In this document: positions 1-11,006 of the stretch, piece by piece
Numbering within the stretch: the first letter of the stretch is position 1
Layout of the letters: each line of letters starts with the position of its first letter
Origin: Macrostomum lignano
Lineage: Eukaryota
Assembly (NCBI GenBank): GCA_002269645.1
Contig: NIVC01000121.1
Span: 248,001 to 312,000 of the forward strand
Length of the DNA stretch: 64,000 nt
Reading direction: 5' to 3'
Program-made: the position numbers and the translations under genes
Notes under the pieces: generated by a model
What the model saw: the letters and a program-made list of their open reading frames with translations, nothing else
Database searches by the model: none
Told to the model about the DNA's origin: nothing

Positions 1-2743
1 GGAAGCAGGAAGATATAATACGGTAGTTACGTGTACTCTTACGAGCGATGCGTGCAAAAGAGCGACATGGTTATCTCTTTGATTGGAAGAGCAGGAAGAG
101 GTCTATCCTGACTCTCTGTCACCATCTATTCTAAACTATAACGAAGCAATTGTTACAAAAAAGGCCCTTCTCAACCTCAGAGCAAGTCTAATCTGTTAAG
201 TGGACTGAAAATCAATGAGACGAGGGCAAGACTAAAAAAGGACATTCAAGCTAGACATCCTGTCGCTTCATCAATGCATTGAAGATGAAAAGTAATTTAT
301 GAGAGAGGTTAGCAGGACCTCTGTGCCAACAGATATGACCAAATTAGTTCTATAATAATATCCAAAGCAGGCTCACTAATCCAATTTGGCTATCTGCCTC
401 TCCGTTCCTGATTCCCACCGTATTTGCTAACTACATGGCAAATTCCGCCGTCTCATCTTGTAATAATAATTTGACCCCAGCCGTAAGAGAAGCATTGGCA
501 AACAGAGTTGCAGGCTGAAGCACTTCTTTCTGACTTCTAACTTGGCTTGGCATTCATTTACTTTTGTTATACTTGGTTCTTATCAGCAAATCAATCACTC
601 CATCATCTATTTATGGTTATTAGCAAACAATATTTTACCGATTTGCCCAATTCTTTACCAAACTGCAACTCCCTAACAGTAAGTGCAATATCTGACACTG
701 CAAATGTCCTGCATGTGAAGTTCAGGTGGGGAGTGTTAGTCGATAAAACCTGTGCTTTAGCAGATGCTATTAGTCTTGGCTAGTACAGATGTATACAATT
801 GGGCTTTAAGTAACATCTGTCTTCAGGGCCATCATCGACTGGCTTTCTGCTAATTTTATGCTTAATTTGACTGCTAGAAATACCATATCTGTACGAGATA
901 TGCGTTTGAAGGCTAACTGATGGCTTCTAGTTTCGAGTAGCTTCTCAAAATAGCATAACGATTCCGTGACTGCTAGATATAAGCTGTGCTACATTAGCCG
1001 AAGACTGCGGACACGCGAATGCGGCAGAAATTAAGCTTAAGCCGAAAAATTAACACTGGAATATTGAGAGGCCTTCCAACTCCAACTCTTGGCAATTAGG
1101 ATTTAGCATTGAAAGTTTGACAGCAGGAGCTCTGCCGTACTCAGGGACACTTCATCTTCAGAATCCGTGCTTGAGAGGTCATGGCCCGTCGCATTCGTCG
1201 ACATGTTAGTTGTAGTCGCTTCGCAATCAGCAACTGCAGACATCGTTAAATCGTTAGCTGCTTAGTTAGCTACTTCAACATTTCTTCGCTAGATCTGCTG
1301 ACTAATCAGAGTAAAATATTAGGCGGCGAGAAATATACATGGAAGGTCAAAATCCTTTTTTTTCAAAACAATAGCAGCAGAAAGCAGTATAACTGGGGAT
1401 GTAATTGGCAGTGAAAGAGCAGGTATCACTTAAGGATAGAACATGAACGTTTTCAAAGGAAATAGCAGGAGCTGTATAAAGCTTAGCTGCTACATGATTT
1501 TTACCATTTTGTCTTAGGCTTGAGCCATGTGAAAGCACAAGAGAGCTTGTTGGTTGTCTAAAAAGCACAATAGATCTATCAGAGTTCGAACTCAGAGCCG
1601 AAAGCATGTCGGAATCACATGACTGGAAGAGTGCACCATCTCACACACAAGCGGCAGGCTAAATGTAATGCCTCCAAAATACCAGACGAATGGGAAAGGC
1701 AGATGCTCCCTGCTCTTATTCCCTTCTATGAAAATACTCTGCAGGATTGGGGCTGCCCTGATCTCGCAAAAGCAATTGGCTTGATTGAATCAGCTGATTT
1801 TGTGTCGGCCAACTCCCGGGAGGGCAGCTGGAAAAAAATAGATGGCCCTGTAGTGGCCGCGGGGAAATCTGCGCGGGGCTGGTTCTCCTCACAGACGGCT
1901 TTACTTTTTGATTTGGGCAGGGTGCAATCTGTTTCAAGTGTGCTCACTCTAAAATGCGGTATCCTTGCCGGAGTCGCACTCGCACGCTCGTACATTTGAA
2001 CTGATAAATCCTACTCATATGCTCGTTATATTTGCATATATTGCAGTCGTGCTATAAAATTTGAATTAGTTCCATATGACTTGAAAACATAGTAAACTGC
2101 AAAAAATCCTTTCAAAATAATATGCTTCTAAACGCACTACTTTTGTCAGTAGAACTAATTGGGAGTCAAGAAATTTATTGCCGCGGATGCGCTCTCACGA
2201 ATTCTTTTATCAGCGCCTGAACAGTGCTTTATCCCTAAGCACTTAGTAGAAGTGCTTTATCGCTAAGTACTTAATAAGCCCTAAGCTTCAAAAGCCTTAA
2301 ATTTCTAATTGTATGCCCGAATTTTGCAGCTTCGCTAAGCTCCCAAACCCCAATTTCATCTCATGTTATCTCGCTGATTGCTCTCAAGGCCTGTCAATAC
2401 AGTTTGTTGGTGGCGACGCTCGTACTGACCAATTTACAATTAAAACAATTTTTGGTTCTAGTAATACCGACTAAATATAGCATTTACTTTGAAGTTGATC
2501 CTAGGAGCTTTTAATTTAATCATAGATACGAAATTCAAGCCTAAAAGTGGACAGAAACTTATGGGCTTGTGTGCTTATGAGTTTTGGCCATAGACAAAAG
2601 TTTTTTTTCGATTTTCATTAGCTTTAATTTCCTATCTATAATTAAATTAAAAGCTCCTAGAATCAACTTGAGTGGAAAATTCGGCAATGTCTGTATAAGA
2701 TATTCTATGGGTTTGAGGTCGGTATGTGATTAAGTGAAATACC

Positions 2744-3840
2744 GACCGTTAAACCACTTTAAAGCTCACTTTTCAGGGAGGTTAATGACATAGATTTTAT
2801 TTTGCGGGATTTAATCGATCACTTTCCCGGACATATTGCAAGGATTATTGTATGTATCTAAATAAACGAGCTTCTCTCTTCTCTTCCTTCGTGACTCGAG
2901 AAATTTCTTAATGAAATTTTGTCTATGGTAAGAATGTGGGGGCTTCGTCCCCACACCCCCAGCAGGGGCTTCGCCCCCACACCCCCATCCTCAACTTCAA
3001 CCATAGACATACAAGGATGGCTCCGGGATTTATCTGAATACATCCCGCTAAATTAAAGTAGTTTAAATAAAATATTCTGTGTTTTTAAGCCTTCAGCTCT
3101 CGGGATTTAATCACAAACCGACCTCAAACCCATAGAATATCTTATACAAAAACCCATAGAATATCTTATTTAAACTACTTTAATTTTGCGGGATGTATTC
3201 AGATAAATCCCGGAGCCATACTTGTATGTCTATGGTTGAAGTTGGGGATGGGGGTGTGGGGGCTTCTTTTTTTTAGAAGCAGGGGGGTTGTGTGCACCCT
3301 GGCGCACTTTAAGCGACATAGGCACACAACCGGCGAGAGGCATTACTGCCCATTCCGCCGACTCCCCTGAGCAGGCATACAACGCGCGGATACGTTACGC
3401 AGGCACACACTCACACAGGAGTGTACAGCGGCCCTAACTTTATCAATTGTTAGGCATGTACACTTCACTGCGCCTTGGGGGGTTGGCTCTCAAGGCCGTT
3501 AATTGCACAAGCGAGCCAAGCCGAAATTCCAATTCAGCCCCAAATTAATGTGGCTGCACTTGGAATCGAGCCTGGGTCGCGGCACACCAGAGCAGCTGCG
3601 CTACCGCTGGGCTACGCCCCCCCCCCTGTGGGGGCTTCTTACCATAGACAAAATTTCATGAAGAAATTTCTGAGTCACGAAGGAAGAGAAGAGAGAAGCT
3701 CGCTTATTTAGTTACATACAATAATCCTTGCAATATGTCCGGGAAAGTGATCGATTAAATCCCGCAAAATAAAATCTATGTCAATAACCTCGCGATCCCT
3801 GAAAGTGAGCTTTAAAGTGGTTTAATTACTCTTTACGGTC
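2744..3840. mobile_element. Foldback/MITE-like palindromic element with long inverted arms; right arm interrupted by a SINE
   Basis: About 2744-2930 is the near reverse complement of about 3640-3840, and about 2960-3070 of about 3170-3265. The ORF track shows the same peptide (FxSHEGREERSS) on opposite strands at 2858-3043 and 3475-3711. Confidence 0.75.
3269..3626 (-). mobile_element. tRNA-derived SINE (family A), full length with TSD
   Basis: Minus strand begins GGGG..CGTAGCCCAGCGG (A box) then GGCTCGATTCC (B box) and ends in an A-tail. Perfect 14-bp TSD TGTGGGGGCTTCTT at 3255-3268 and 3627-3640. Confidence 0.9.
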
Positions 3841-4955
3841 ATTTAGATTTGTAGCTTAGGAGCAGTTGACTAAGTTCAGAAAGAGCGGAACGCTTTACTC
3901 AAGACAACTGTTGCCCCTTATCTTGTCTCAAAATTTTGACTGGCTAGCAAAAACTTAATCTTTGGAGCATTAGTACTTAGTCCTCTCGTTTCTACTAAAG
4001 GCTAACCATAGCTATCTAACCTACAAATCAGCAACAATATAAGCTGGGAAGATGATGATAGCGACACTGGACGGCTCCCAGACGAACAGAGGGGGACAGC
4101 CCGCCAGCCAAAAACATAGATATTGGACAAATATCGGTAATGAGATGCACAGCCTAGTGATCGAAGCCTTAGACAGAGACGATCGACCGTGCCAGTTAAA
4201 AGTCGGTACGAAGAGACCCACGAAAAGGACGCTAAAATGGTCTCGCTCGTGGTGTTAGCAGAGGACCAAAACTTGTAGCTGTCCATGTTCAGTTCCTGGT
4301 GGACAAGATCGATAAAAATATCCGCCTTATTCTTTCGTTTGCATTTGTTTTACTGTATTGCCTATCGAAATCTTTACGAAATCAAGATCCAAAAAAGGAA
4401 AGTGGACTAAGTTAGTGCTTCATTGTCCCATGCTGTATCCTCATTATTACGGTATGCTGTCGAGAACTGATTTTCTTGTCAATCGTGTGTCCATGTCGGC
4501 ATTGGCGAATCAAGCTGGCAAGCCTAAAGCAGCCAATACGATCTGGGTTGCCAGGGTGGAGCGCTAGCCGGAGAAGCTCAGTGCGAGGGGATAGAAAATG
4601 TCCAGTTCCCTATGGAGCAGTAGAGAGGAGAAAAGTAAAAGGAAACACTACAACGGACAGGCAGTCCACTCGGATCTGCATAAGTGAATTCAGCTTTTGC
4701 TCTTTGAATCCTTCTACCCGAGTTATAAGCTTTTCAGTGTGGCCCGGCCGAGTGCAGGTGAGAACTGTGCAAAACAGGGTAGCAGAGCTACAAAAGATTT
4801 CTATTCGACAGCGGGTTGGGCAGAGATTGAGGGAAGACAGACGGATAATTCCCGGACTCCGTATCTACAGACAGAGCTGAGTACAAAAGCAAGACACTGC
4901 TTACTCCATCACCCCACAGCAGCAACTCCGAGCGAGTCAGCCAGAAGCCCTGCAG

Positions 4956-5309
4956 TCTCCCCAGTCTGCGCCCACCGATTGAACGCCCGAGTCGAGGCAA
5001 CCAGCAGCGACGCCACAACCGGCCTGCTCCGCTGGGACGCCATCCCGTCGACTGACCGTCACGGCTGTCGCGAGCTCGAGCTGCGAGTCTTCGCGGTCGG
5101 TGCTCAACGCGGAAATCTCAGCCGTCTGAGCGGGGCGAACGGTCTAGCGTACTTGGCCTGCGACGCCAAACAGCACCCGCTGCGCGGCCTGGTCTGGTCT
5201 AGGCGCTATCGAGTCGACTTCGCGGTGCTAGAGGAACCGACAGGCACCTATTGTCGCGAGGCGCAGACGTTGGTCTTTGTGATGGGAAACGACACTCAAG
5301 TCCCCGGAG
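4956..5309 (+). CDS. FNDC-like exon: fibronectin type III domain
   Basis: Part of ORF 4697-5332. Two candidate phase-1 acceptors (CTGCAG|4956, CCCCAG|4965) and donor G|GTAGGA at 5310. Conserved FN3 Trp and L-x-G-L-x-x-x-x-x-Y-x-V motif. Confidence 0.75.
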
Positions 5310-8300
5310 GTAGGACTAATTCCAGTGAGTGAATCTACTGAGTGTGCGCGGCAGGAAGCGAACAAACTAATTTTATTTGGCCCCGGTTGTCCATTATCTA
5401 ATTATCAACAACCACTAGGCCAGTGGTCAGAGCGTCGGACTCATGACTGAAAGGTCGGGGGTTCGATTTTCGACCCACTCAGAACAATTTGTGTCCTTGA
5501 GCAAGACACTTAACTCTGCGTTTGCTTCAGTTCACCCACCTGTGAAATGGGTGCCAGCATTAGCTGGGGTAATTGAGGTAATTGAGGGTGTGTGTGGCGA
5601 CCCCTCAGTACGGCCACACACTGAGGCCACACACACACAGCCTTCAGATACGCCGCGCAATAGCTGCGGCTGAGCTCTCGGTTGCACATCTGCCAATAGG
5701 GCAGTTGTACGAGTAATTAATTATTTTTTTTATTTATTAATTACATCTCCAAGTTTTTATCATTACTGGAGCGCCAAGGATTAACGCCAAGTTAACCAAA
5801 AATTCATCTCAAATAGTGCTTAAACAACAACAAATTTTATTTTCTTGTTGTTGAATTTATTTTAAACTTCGTGTACCTATCGCATGGTGTACATGTAATG
5901 GTAAGCTGAGAAGAGTCGTAAAAAATGGAAGGCAATGCCTTCAGCCCATTGCAACTTTCTGCAGCGCCATATGCACCGTTTCCAATGCCTGCGCACTGCC
6001 ACTGTCCGTAAACTATTTCAAACAGCAGCTTTTATCCTGACTATATAGCCTGACCGGGCTCTCTTTATTGTTGTTTTACAACAGGCTCCAAAATTTGGCT
6101 GGTGAACATCAGGAGCACTTCCACTGGCGATGGCTAACCCCTGTTGCTTAAAGAAAGATCGACAGAGATTCCCCCGTTGCAGCCGTCCCCCCCCTCCTCT
6201 AGCTCTAACTTTATACCCTTGGCAAAGCTACTCAGCATTCGTGCGCTATGGGATGTAAATCCTGTCCCCTCAGTTGGCCTAATCTCTCAGTCGACTGAAA
6301 CGTTGAAGAAATCTGAGCCGCGCTCCTCCCTCTCTCATAGCTGGCTTACTTTATTAACCATCCTCCCCCTTCAGCTTTGTCTATCCATCAGTCGAGCTGT
6401 AGGAATAATAATAGCTTTCGCATAAATTGCTGCCAGTGCCCTGTGGCTGTATAAAAAATTTCGGAAGCGGTCGGATGAGATGAGACTGCGACCATTAAAT
6501 GCTCCTAAATTTACCTGGGATTTAATGCACCTTGGGCAAACAGGTTTAGCCAGATTGCGCTCGCAAAGACTCGGCGAGCCTCGTTAATCTGAGTATCTCA
6601 GTTTGCTACAGCGTATCAGTAGATCTGTTGGTGCACGAGGATAAGAGCCTCGCGCTTATCTCTTTGATGCTCATAAAATAAGCAAATTGCTTTTCCTGCG
6701 TTATATTTGTAATATCAATTAATCTGCAATTGAGTTTACTGCGCCGCTGGCTCTATGCCTGAGTGCAGTTTTCTATGCTCAATGATTAGTACATTTAAAG
6801 GTTATATCTAGGGCTGTTCGTTGGGATGGTGATTAGTGATAGTTTGCGTGTAAATTTTTACTACCACATTTAAGAGCAACATTCAATGCTTCAGTGAAGT
6901 GTTGGAAAGCTTCTCTAGGTCATTTTGTTGCTGCGGCACGGCTCTTCAAGTGACGAGGACCAAGAAAATGTATTGCGATTTCACCTTTAGGCGATCACCT
7001 TCGCCCACTTCGGCTCAGGGAATTGGACAGCTCCATGCCTTCTCGATAGGTAGTCAGATCGAAATCAGTCAGTATCAGAATCCTAACGAACAGCCCTTAT
7101 AACTATGGTTGTAATTTACATTGGGTTTAACTAGAAAGTTTCTAAATTGATACAATGATTCCTTAGGCTCGTCAGTTTTGCTCTCGATGCCTCGCTGGAC
7201 CATAACCGACGCGATGATTTTCCTGCTAGTGCTGACTGGCTGGGCCGCCGCTATCGCACTATTCCTGCACAAGCTCGGCAATCTGCAGATATCTCGCAGC
7301 ACCTGCGACTCTGTGAGACACTTGAAACCGAAAAACATCGACAAAGTGAAGGTGTGCAAAGAGCCTAGCGACACGGTCATCTATCGGGAGTACGCTCGCG
7401 GATCCCGGATGTCCGTCTGCCTTGAGGAGAGACAGGTAATACACATTCATCTACGTTAATGAACCAAGAAGTGGCGTAGTCAATAAAAATGGAACCAAAC
7501 TGGAAAGTCTGAAAACGCACTTGCAAAGCACTAAATTTCCAAATCTTTCTATACAATCTGCTTTAGTTGTAAAATTACAAGGAGAGTCAACGCGACCCCC
7601 ATTTAAGGGCAAAAAGCCTCTGTAATTAAAGCTCTTGCCTTTTTCCTTACTGAGCAGGTCCTTGTAGAAACATGTTCAGCGGCTAAAGCGGGACGCTACC
7701 CTCGCAATCGTAAAAATATTGCTGGAAGCTGATTTTTGAGATGCATCTTTTTGTCTCTTGCAATTTGAAAGCTCCGAAGGTGATCGTTACGAAGACTGCA
7801 AACTTTCTACCTATATAATGCATTTTGCCAGGGGCCTTGTCGGACAAGTTACAAGTGACAAGTGACAATTCCGCAAAATAATGCGTTTCATAAAAACAGC
7901 TACAACTTGACAAATCGACAAGTGACAAGTGACAAGTGACAATTCCGCAAAATAATGCGTTTCATAAAAACAGCTACAACTTGACTGTAGCTCGACAGTC
8001 TCGACCTAGCTCGACAGACAGGTAAATCGACAAGTTACAAGTGACAAGTGACAAGCAAAATTTGACAAATTACAAGCGCTTCTTCGGGGTGACGTCCATG
8101 GACATGCACTGTGCTTAGGATGCTTCTGTGTCTTGTGTTTTCGACAAGTCGCTGTGACACTTGTAGCTTTATTAAAGCTGTGTATTCAAGCCCGAGAAGA
8201 ACCGTCTTTACGCTCGTAAAGCAAGTCTGTCTAAAACACAGATCCTAAAATTGTGGTTTGTGGTCTAAAGCAGGGAAGCCTCCATGGTCGCTGCGCTCCC

Positions 8301-9459
8301 CAGGAAGGGACACTCACCCGCCCCACCCCACTCCGCTATACTTGTATGCTGCCTAAACTAGTGTCCCTTCCTGGGGAGCGCAGCGACCATAGAGGCTTCC
8401 CTGTCTAAAGGCTGGGTCGATTTCAAATGGTGTCTCAACCATAGGCATAAAGTTGAGTTATTTTCAACACGAGTAAGGACCCATGTTTTTGAAACCAAAA
8501 TCGTTGACGCTTGACACTTGTCACTTGTCATTTGTCGACTTGTCACTTGTCACTTGTAGCTTTTTTATGAAATCGGCCCTAAAAACAGCCCTATGAAAAC
8601 AGCCCTAAGGGAACTTCTCGTGTGTAGAATCTTTCTTCTAGCTCGTAGTTTGATGGTTCATTGTTCCCTTTCCGCCGACTTTCCTGAGCAGTACCAGTAA
8701 TGCCTCTCGCCGGTTGTGTGACAATGTCGCTTAAAGTGCGCTGGGATGCACACAGTCCCTCTGCTGTTTTCAACTACTTTTGTCGCTACCCGAGGAAGAA
8801 TCTGACAAGTTTTTATAACAATTAGAGAATGGAAAGTATCTAGACGCCAAAAATTCAAGAAGTCCTTTGGTCAGTTAGCAAATGACATGAGAGAATCTTT
8901 CACCAACAACTTGCAGGCCAGAATCGCGCATCTTCAGCGCCTGTACGCCGAGGAACTGGAACGCGAACTGGAAGCCATCGAGGAGCAGGGCGGCAGCGCG
9001 GAGCTGTGTGGCCTCCGCCCGATGCGGCCGAAACCACCGAAGCCATTCCACCGGCACCACACGCTGGAGGCCATCAGCCCGCAACGGTTGCCAACCTACG
9101 CTGTTGTTGCCGAGGGCGGCATCAATCTGCAGCAGCTGCCGCAGCTGCCGCAACCTCCAATAAAGACGCCGCTTGGACAGACGTTCAGCGCTTCTGCAGT
9201 CGACGGCGTTCCGCGCAGTCAAGGAGGATCAACGATCAACGTCGGTCCCACGGCTAGGCGAGTTGTGGCCGTGAAGACTCTGCAGCAACAGGCGCGTCGT
9301 ACTGCAGTGCAGGTGTCGGCCGATGGAACAACTCAACCGCTGCTGACCAGGCAGCTCAGTGAGTCGGCGTTCTCTCGCTCGGTCGCCTCCTCGACACTGC
9401 CGGCTCGCATGGCGAGCGACTGTCGCAGCGGATCCGACGCTGTCATCAGCTACGTTTAA
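4956..9459 (+). CDS. FNDC5-like: FNDC4/FNDC5-like type I membrane protein (FN3 + TM + long tail), 5'-partial; join(4956 or 4965..5309,7167..7435,8917..9459)
   Basis: Three exons with AG/GT ends and matching phases (1, 0). FN3 pattern (..LLRWD..LRGLVWSRRYRVDF..). TM segment DAMIFLLVLTGWAAAIALFLHK matches the recalled FNDC5 EVLIIVVVLFMWAGVIALFCRQ pattern. Signal-peptide exon not found. Confidence 0.75.
5416..5740 (+). mobile_element. CORE-type SINE (family B), 5'-trimmed
   Basis: tRNA-like head with GGTTCGATT, then GTGTCCTTGAGCAAGACACTTAAC..TTGCTTCAGTTCACCC..TGTGAAATGGG resembling the MIR/CORE domain, and an AT-rich tail. Second copy at 9559-9884. Confidence 0.8.
7167..7435 (+). CDS. FNDC-like exon: transmembrane helix and juxtamembrane region
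   Basis: Acceptor CCTTAG|7167 (phase 1) and donor CAG|GTAATA at 7436 (phase 0). Hydrophobic MIFLLVLTGWAAAIALFL followed by basic HKLG..KPKNIDKVKV. Confidence 0.85.
7830..8580. mobile_element. Non-autonomous DNA element with ACAAGTG sub-repeats in inverted orientation at both ends (Harbinger-like GGCCC end)
   Basis: ACAAGTGACAAG arrays at 7845-8070 mirror CTTGTCACTTGT arrays at 8505-8560. About 72-bp internal direct repeat. Right end GAAATCGGCCCT; left end degenerate. Confidence 0.55.
8271..8403. mobile_element. 133-bp hAT-like MITE nested in the previous element
   Basis: About 43-bp TIR CAGGGAAGCCTC..GGGACACT / AGTGTCCC..GAGGCTTCCCTG, flanked by (G)TCTAAAG on both sides (7-8 bp TSD). Confidence 0.8.
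8686..8765 (+). mobile_element. SINE family A 3' fragment
   Basis: CAGTAATGCCTCTCGCCGGTTGTGTG..TGTCGCTTAAAGTGCG is the reverse complement of the 3290-3350 segment. Confidence 0.7.
8917..9459 (+). CDS. FNDC-like terminal exon: cytoplasmic tail
   Basis: Acceptor TTGCAG|8917 in phase 0. GC-rich codon usage, open to TAA at 9457-9459, ending ..DAVISYV*. Confidence 0.8.
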   Translation, partial: ARIAHLQRLYAEELERELEAIEEQGGSAELCGLRPMRPKPPKPFHRHHTLEAISPQRLPTYAVVAEGGINLQQLPQLPQPPIKTPLGQTFSASAVDGVPRSQGGSTINVGPTARRVVAVKTLQQQARRTAVQVSADGTTQPLLTRQLSESAFSRSVASSTLPARMASDCRSGSDAVISYV

Positions 9460-9558
9460 TCAGCTTACTCATGCTTTGATTCTTCTTTTCTGCATTAGTC
9501 AAACTACGCGCTATCTTACATTATTTTATTAGTAGGCTTTAATCCATTTTTAGACCAT

Positions 9559-9884
9559 TGAGGAGAGGTTGTAGCCTAGAGGTTTGAGCGTCGAACTTGC
9601 GACTGAAAGGTCGGGGGTTCGATTCTCGATTCACTCTGAATAATTTGTGTCCTTGAGCAAGACACTTAACTCTGCATTGCTTCAGTTCACCCAGCTGTAA
9701 AATGGGTGCCAGCATTAGCTGGGGTAATTGAGGTAATTGAGGGTGTGTGTGGCGACCCCTCAGTCCTTGGACTGAACAGCCGTACGCAGCCTTCAGGTAC
9801 GTCCCGCAATAGCTGCGGCTGAGCTGTCGGTTGCATATCGGCCTATTAGGACAGGTGTAATCAATTATTTTATTATTTGTTTTA
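9559..9884 (+). mobile_element. CORE-type SINE (family B), full length with TSD
   Basis: A box (TAGCCTAGAGG), B box (GGTTCGATTC) and CORE-like domain. 11-bp TSD TTTTAGACCAT at 9548-9558 and 9885-9895. Confidence 0.88.
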
Positions 9885-10379
9885 TTTTAGACCATGAAAT
9901 AGTGAGAGTTTTTTCACCCGAGACCGGTTCTACGTTGCGATTTAAAAAAAGCAAGCATAAAAATACTTCTAATCTTTCCAAGCATGTGCTACCCTAGAAC
10001 AATAGCAGAATACTAAAAAAGGTCGGGGTTTCCAGGCTGAAACTGCGTTTGCAATCATTTGAGCTCGTACAGTCAAATTACGAGCTCGTACGGTTAAAAA
10101 TACAAATTTCACGGTCTGTGCGTACTTTTTTTGCAACTCGATGCTCATCCTGTGAACTCAATATTGTTTTTTTCTCATTACAACTTGTGCATGCAAGAAC
10201 ATCGGTCAAATACACGGGTAGCATTTTAGGGAAATTTGAATGATTACAGCAGAAATTATTCGGCACTAGTTGCCATTTAAAGTACGTTATTTTAAGCTAC
10301 TTTGTCAAGTAGCATATAGTGTATAATGTCCAATGTCTAATGTCGATTGTCACTTGTCCTACACATCATCTAGGCGGCT

Positions 10380-10812
10380 AGGCAGCGCCCCCAACCTAAA
10401 GGACAGTGCTCCCCTCCTAAGGACAGCGTCCTCCCTCCAAAGGACAGCGTCCCCCCTTCAAAGGACAGCGCTCCCCTCCTAAGGACAGCGCACCCCCTGC
10501 AAAGGACAGCGTCCCCCCTGCAAAGGACAGCGCTCCCCTCCTAAGGACAGCGTCCTCCCCCCTAAGGACAGCGCACCCCCTGCAAAGGACAGCGTCCCCC
10601 CTGCAAAGGACAGCGCTCCCCTCCTAAGGACAGCGTCCTCCCCCCTAAGGACAGCGCACCCCCTGCAAAGGACAGCGTCCCCCCTGCAAAGGACAGCGCT
10701 CCCCTCCTAAGGACAGCGCACCCCCCTCCTAAGGACAGTGCGCCCTAAGGATAGCGCCCCCCTGAAGACAGCGCCCCTAAGGACAACGCCCCCCCCCAAA
10801 TGGACAGCGCCC
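10380..10812. repeat. Minisatellite, about 20-21-bp unit AAGGACAGCG(C/T)CCCCCTGC/CCT
   Basis: About 20 tandem copies of the AAGGACAGCG core. Confidence 0.9.
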
Positions 10813-11006
10813 AACCCCTTTCTTTGTCCCCTCCGAAGCAGAGAAAGCCACTCCTAAAATCATGCCTCATATTGGATACATTTTCAAATGTTGAGACAAC
10901 TAAATAATACTCTTGCATTCGGGTCCAAGATTGTTGCCTTGAAAATATCACTCGATGTGCCAAGACCAGTGAAGATCGATACTTCTCATGGTTAATTCTG
11001 TTTCAG

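Noticed and set aside
4002-4950. Candidate signal-peptide or first exon for the FNDC-like gene
   Set aside because: Hydrophobic stretches near 4310-4360 lack an in-frame ATG plus a phase-1 donor, so no model could be supported.
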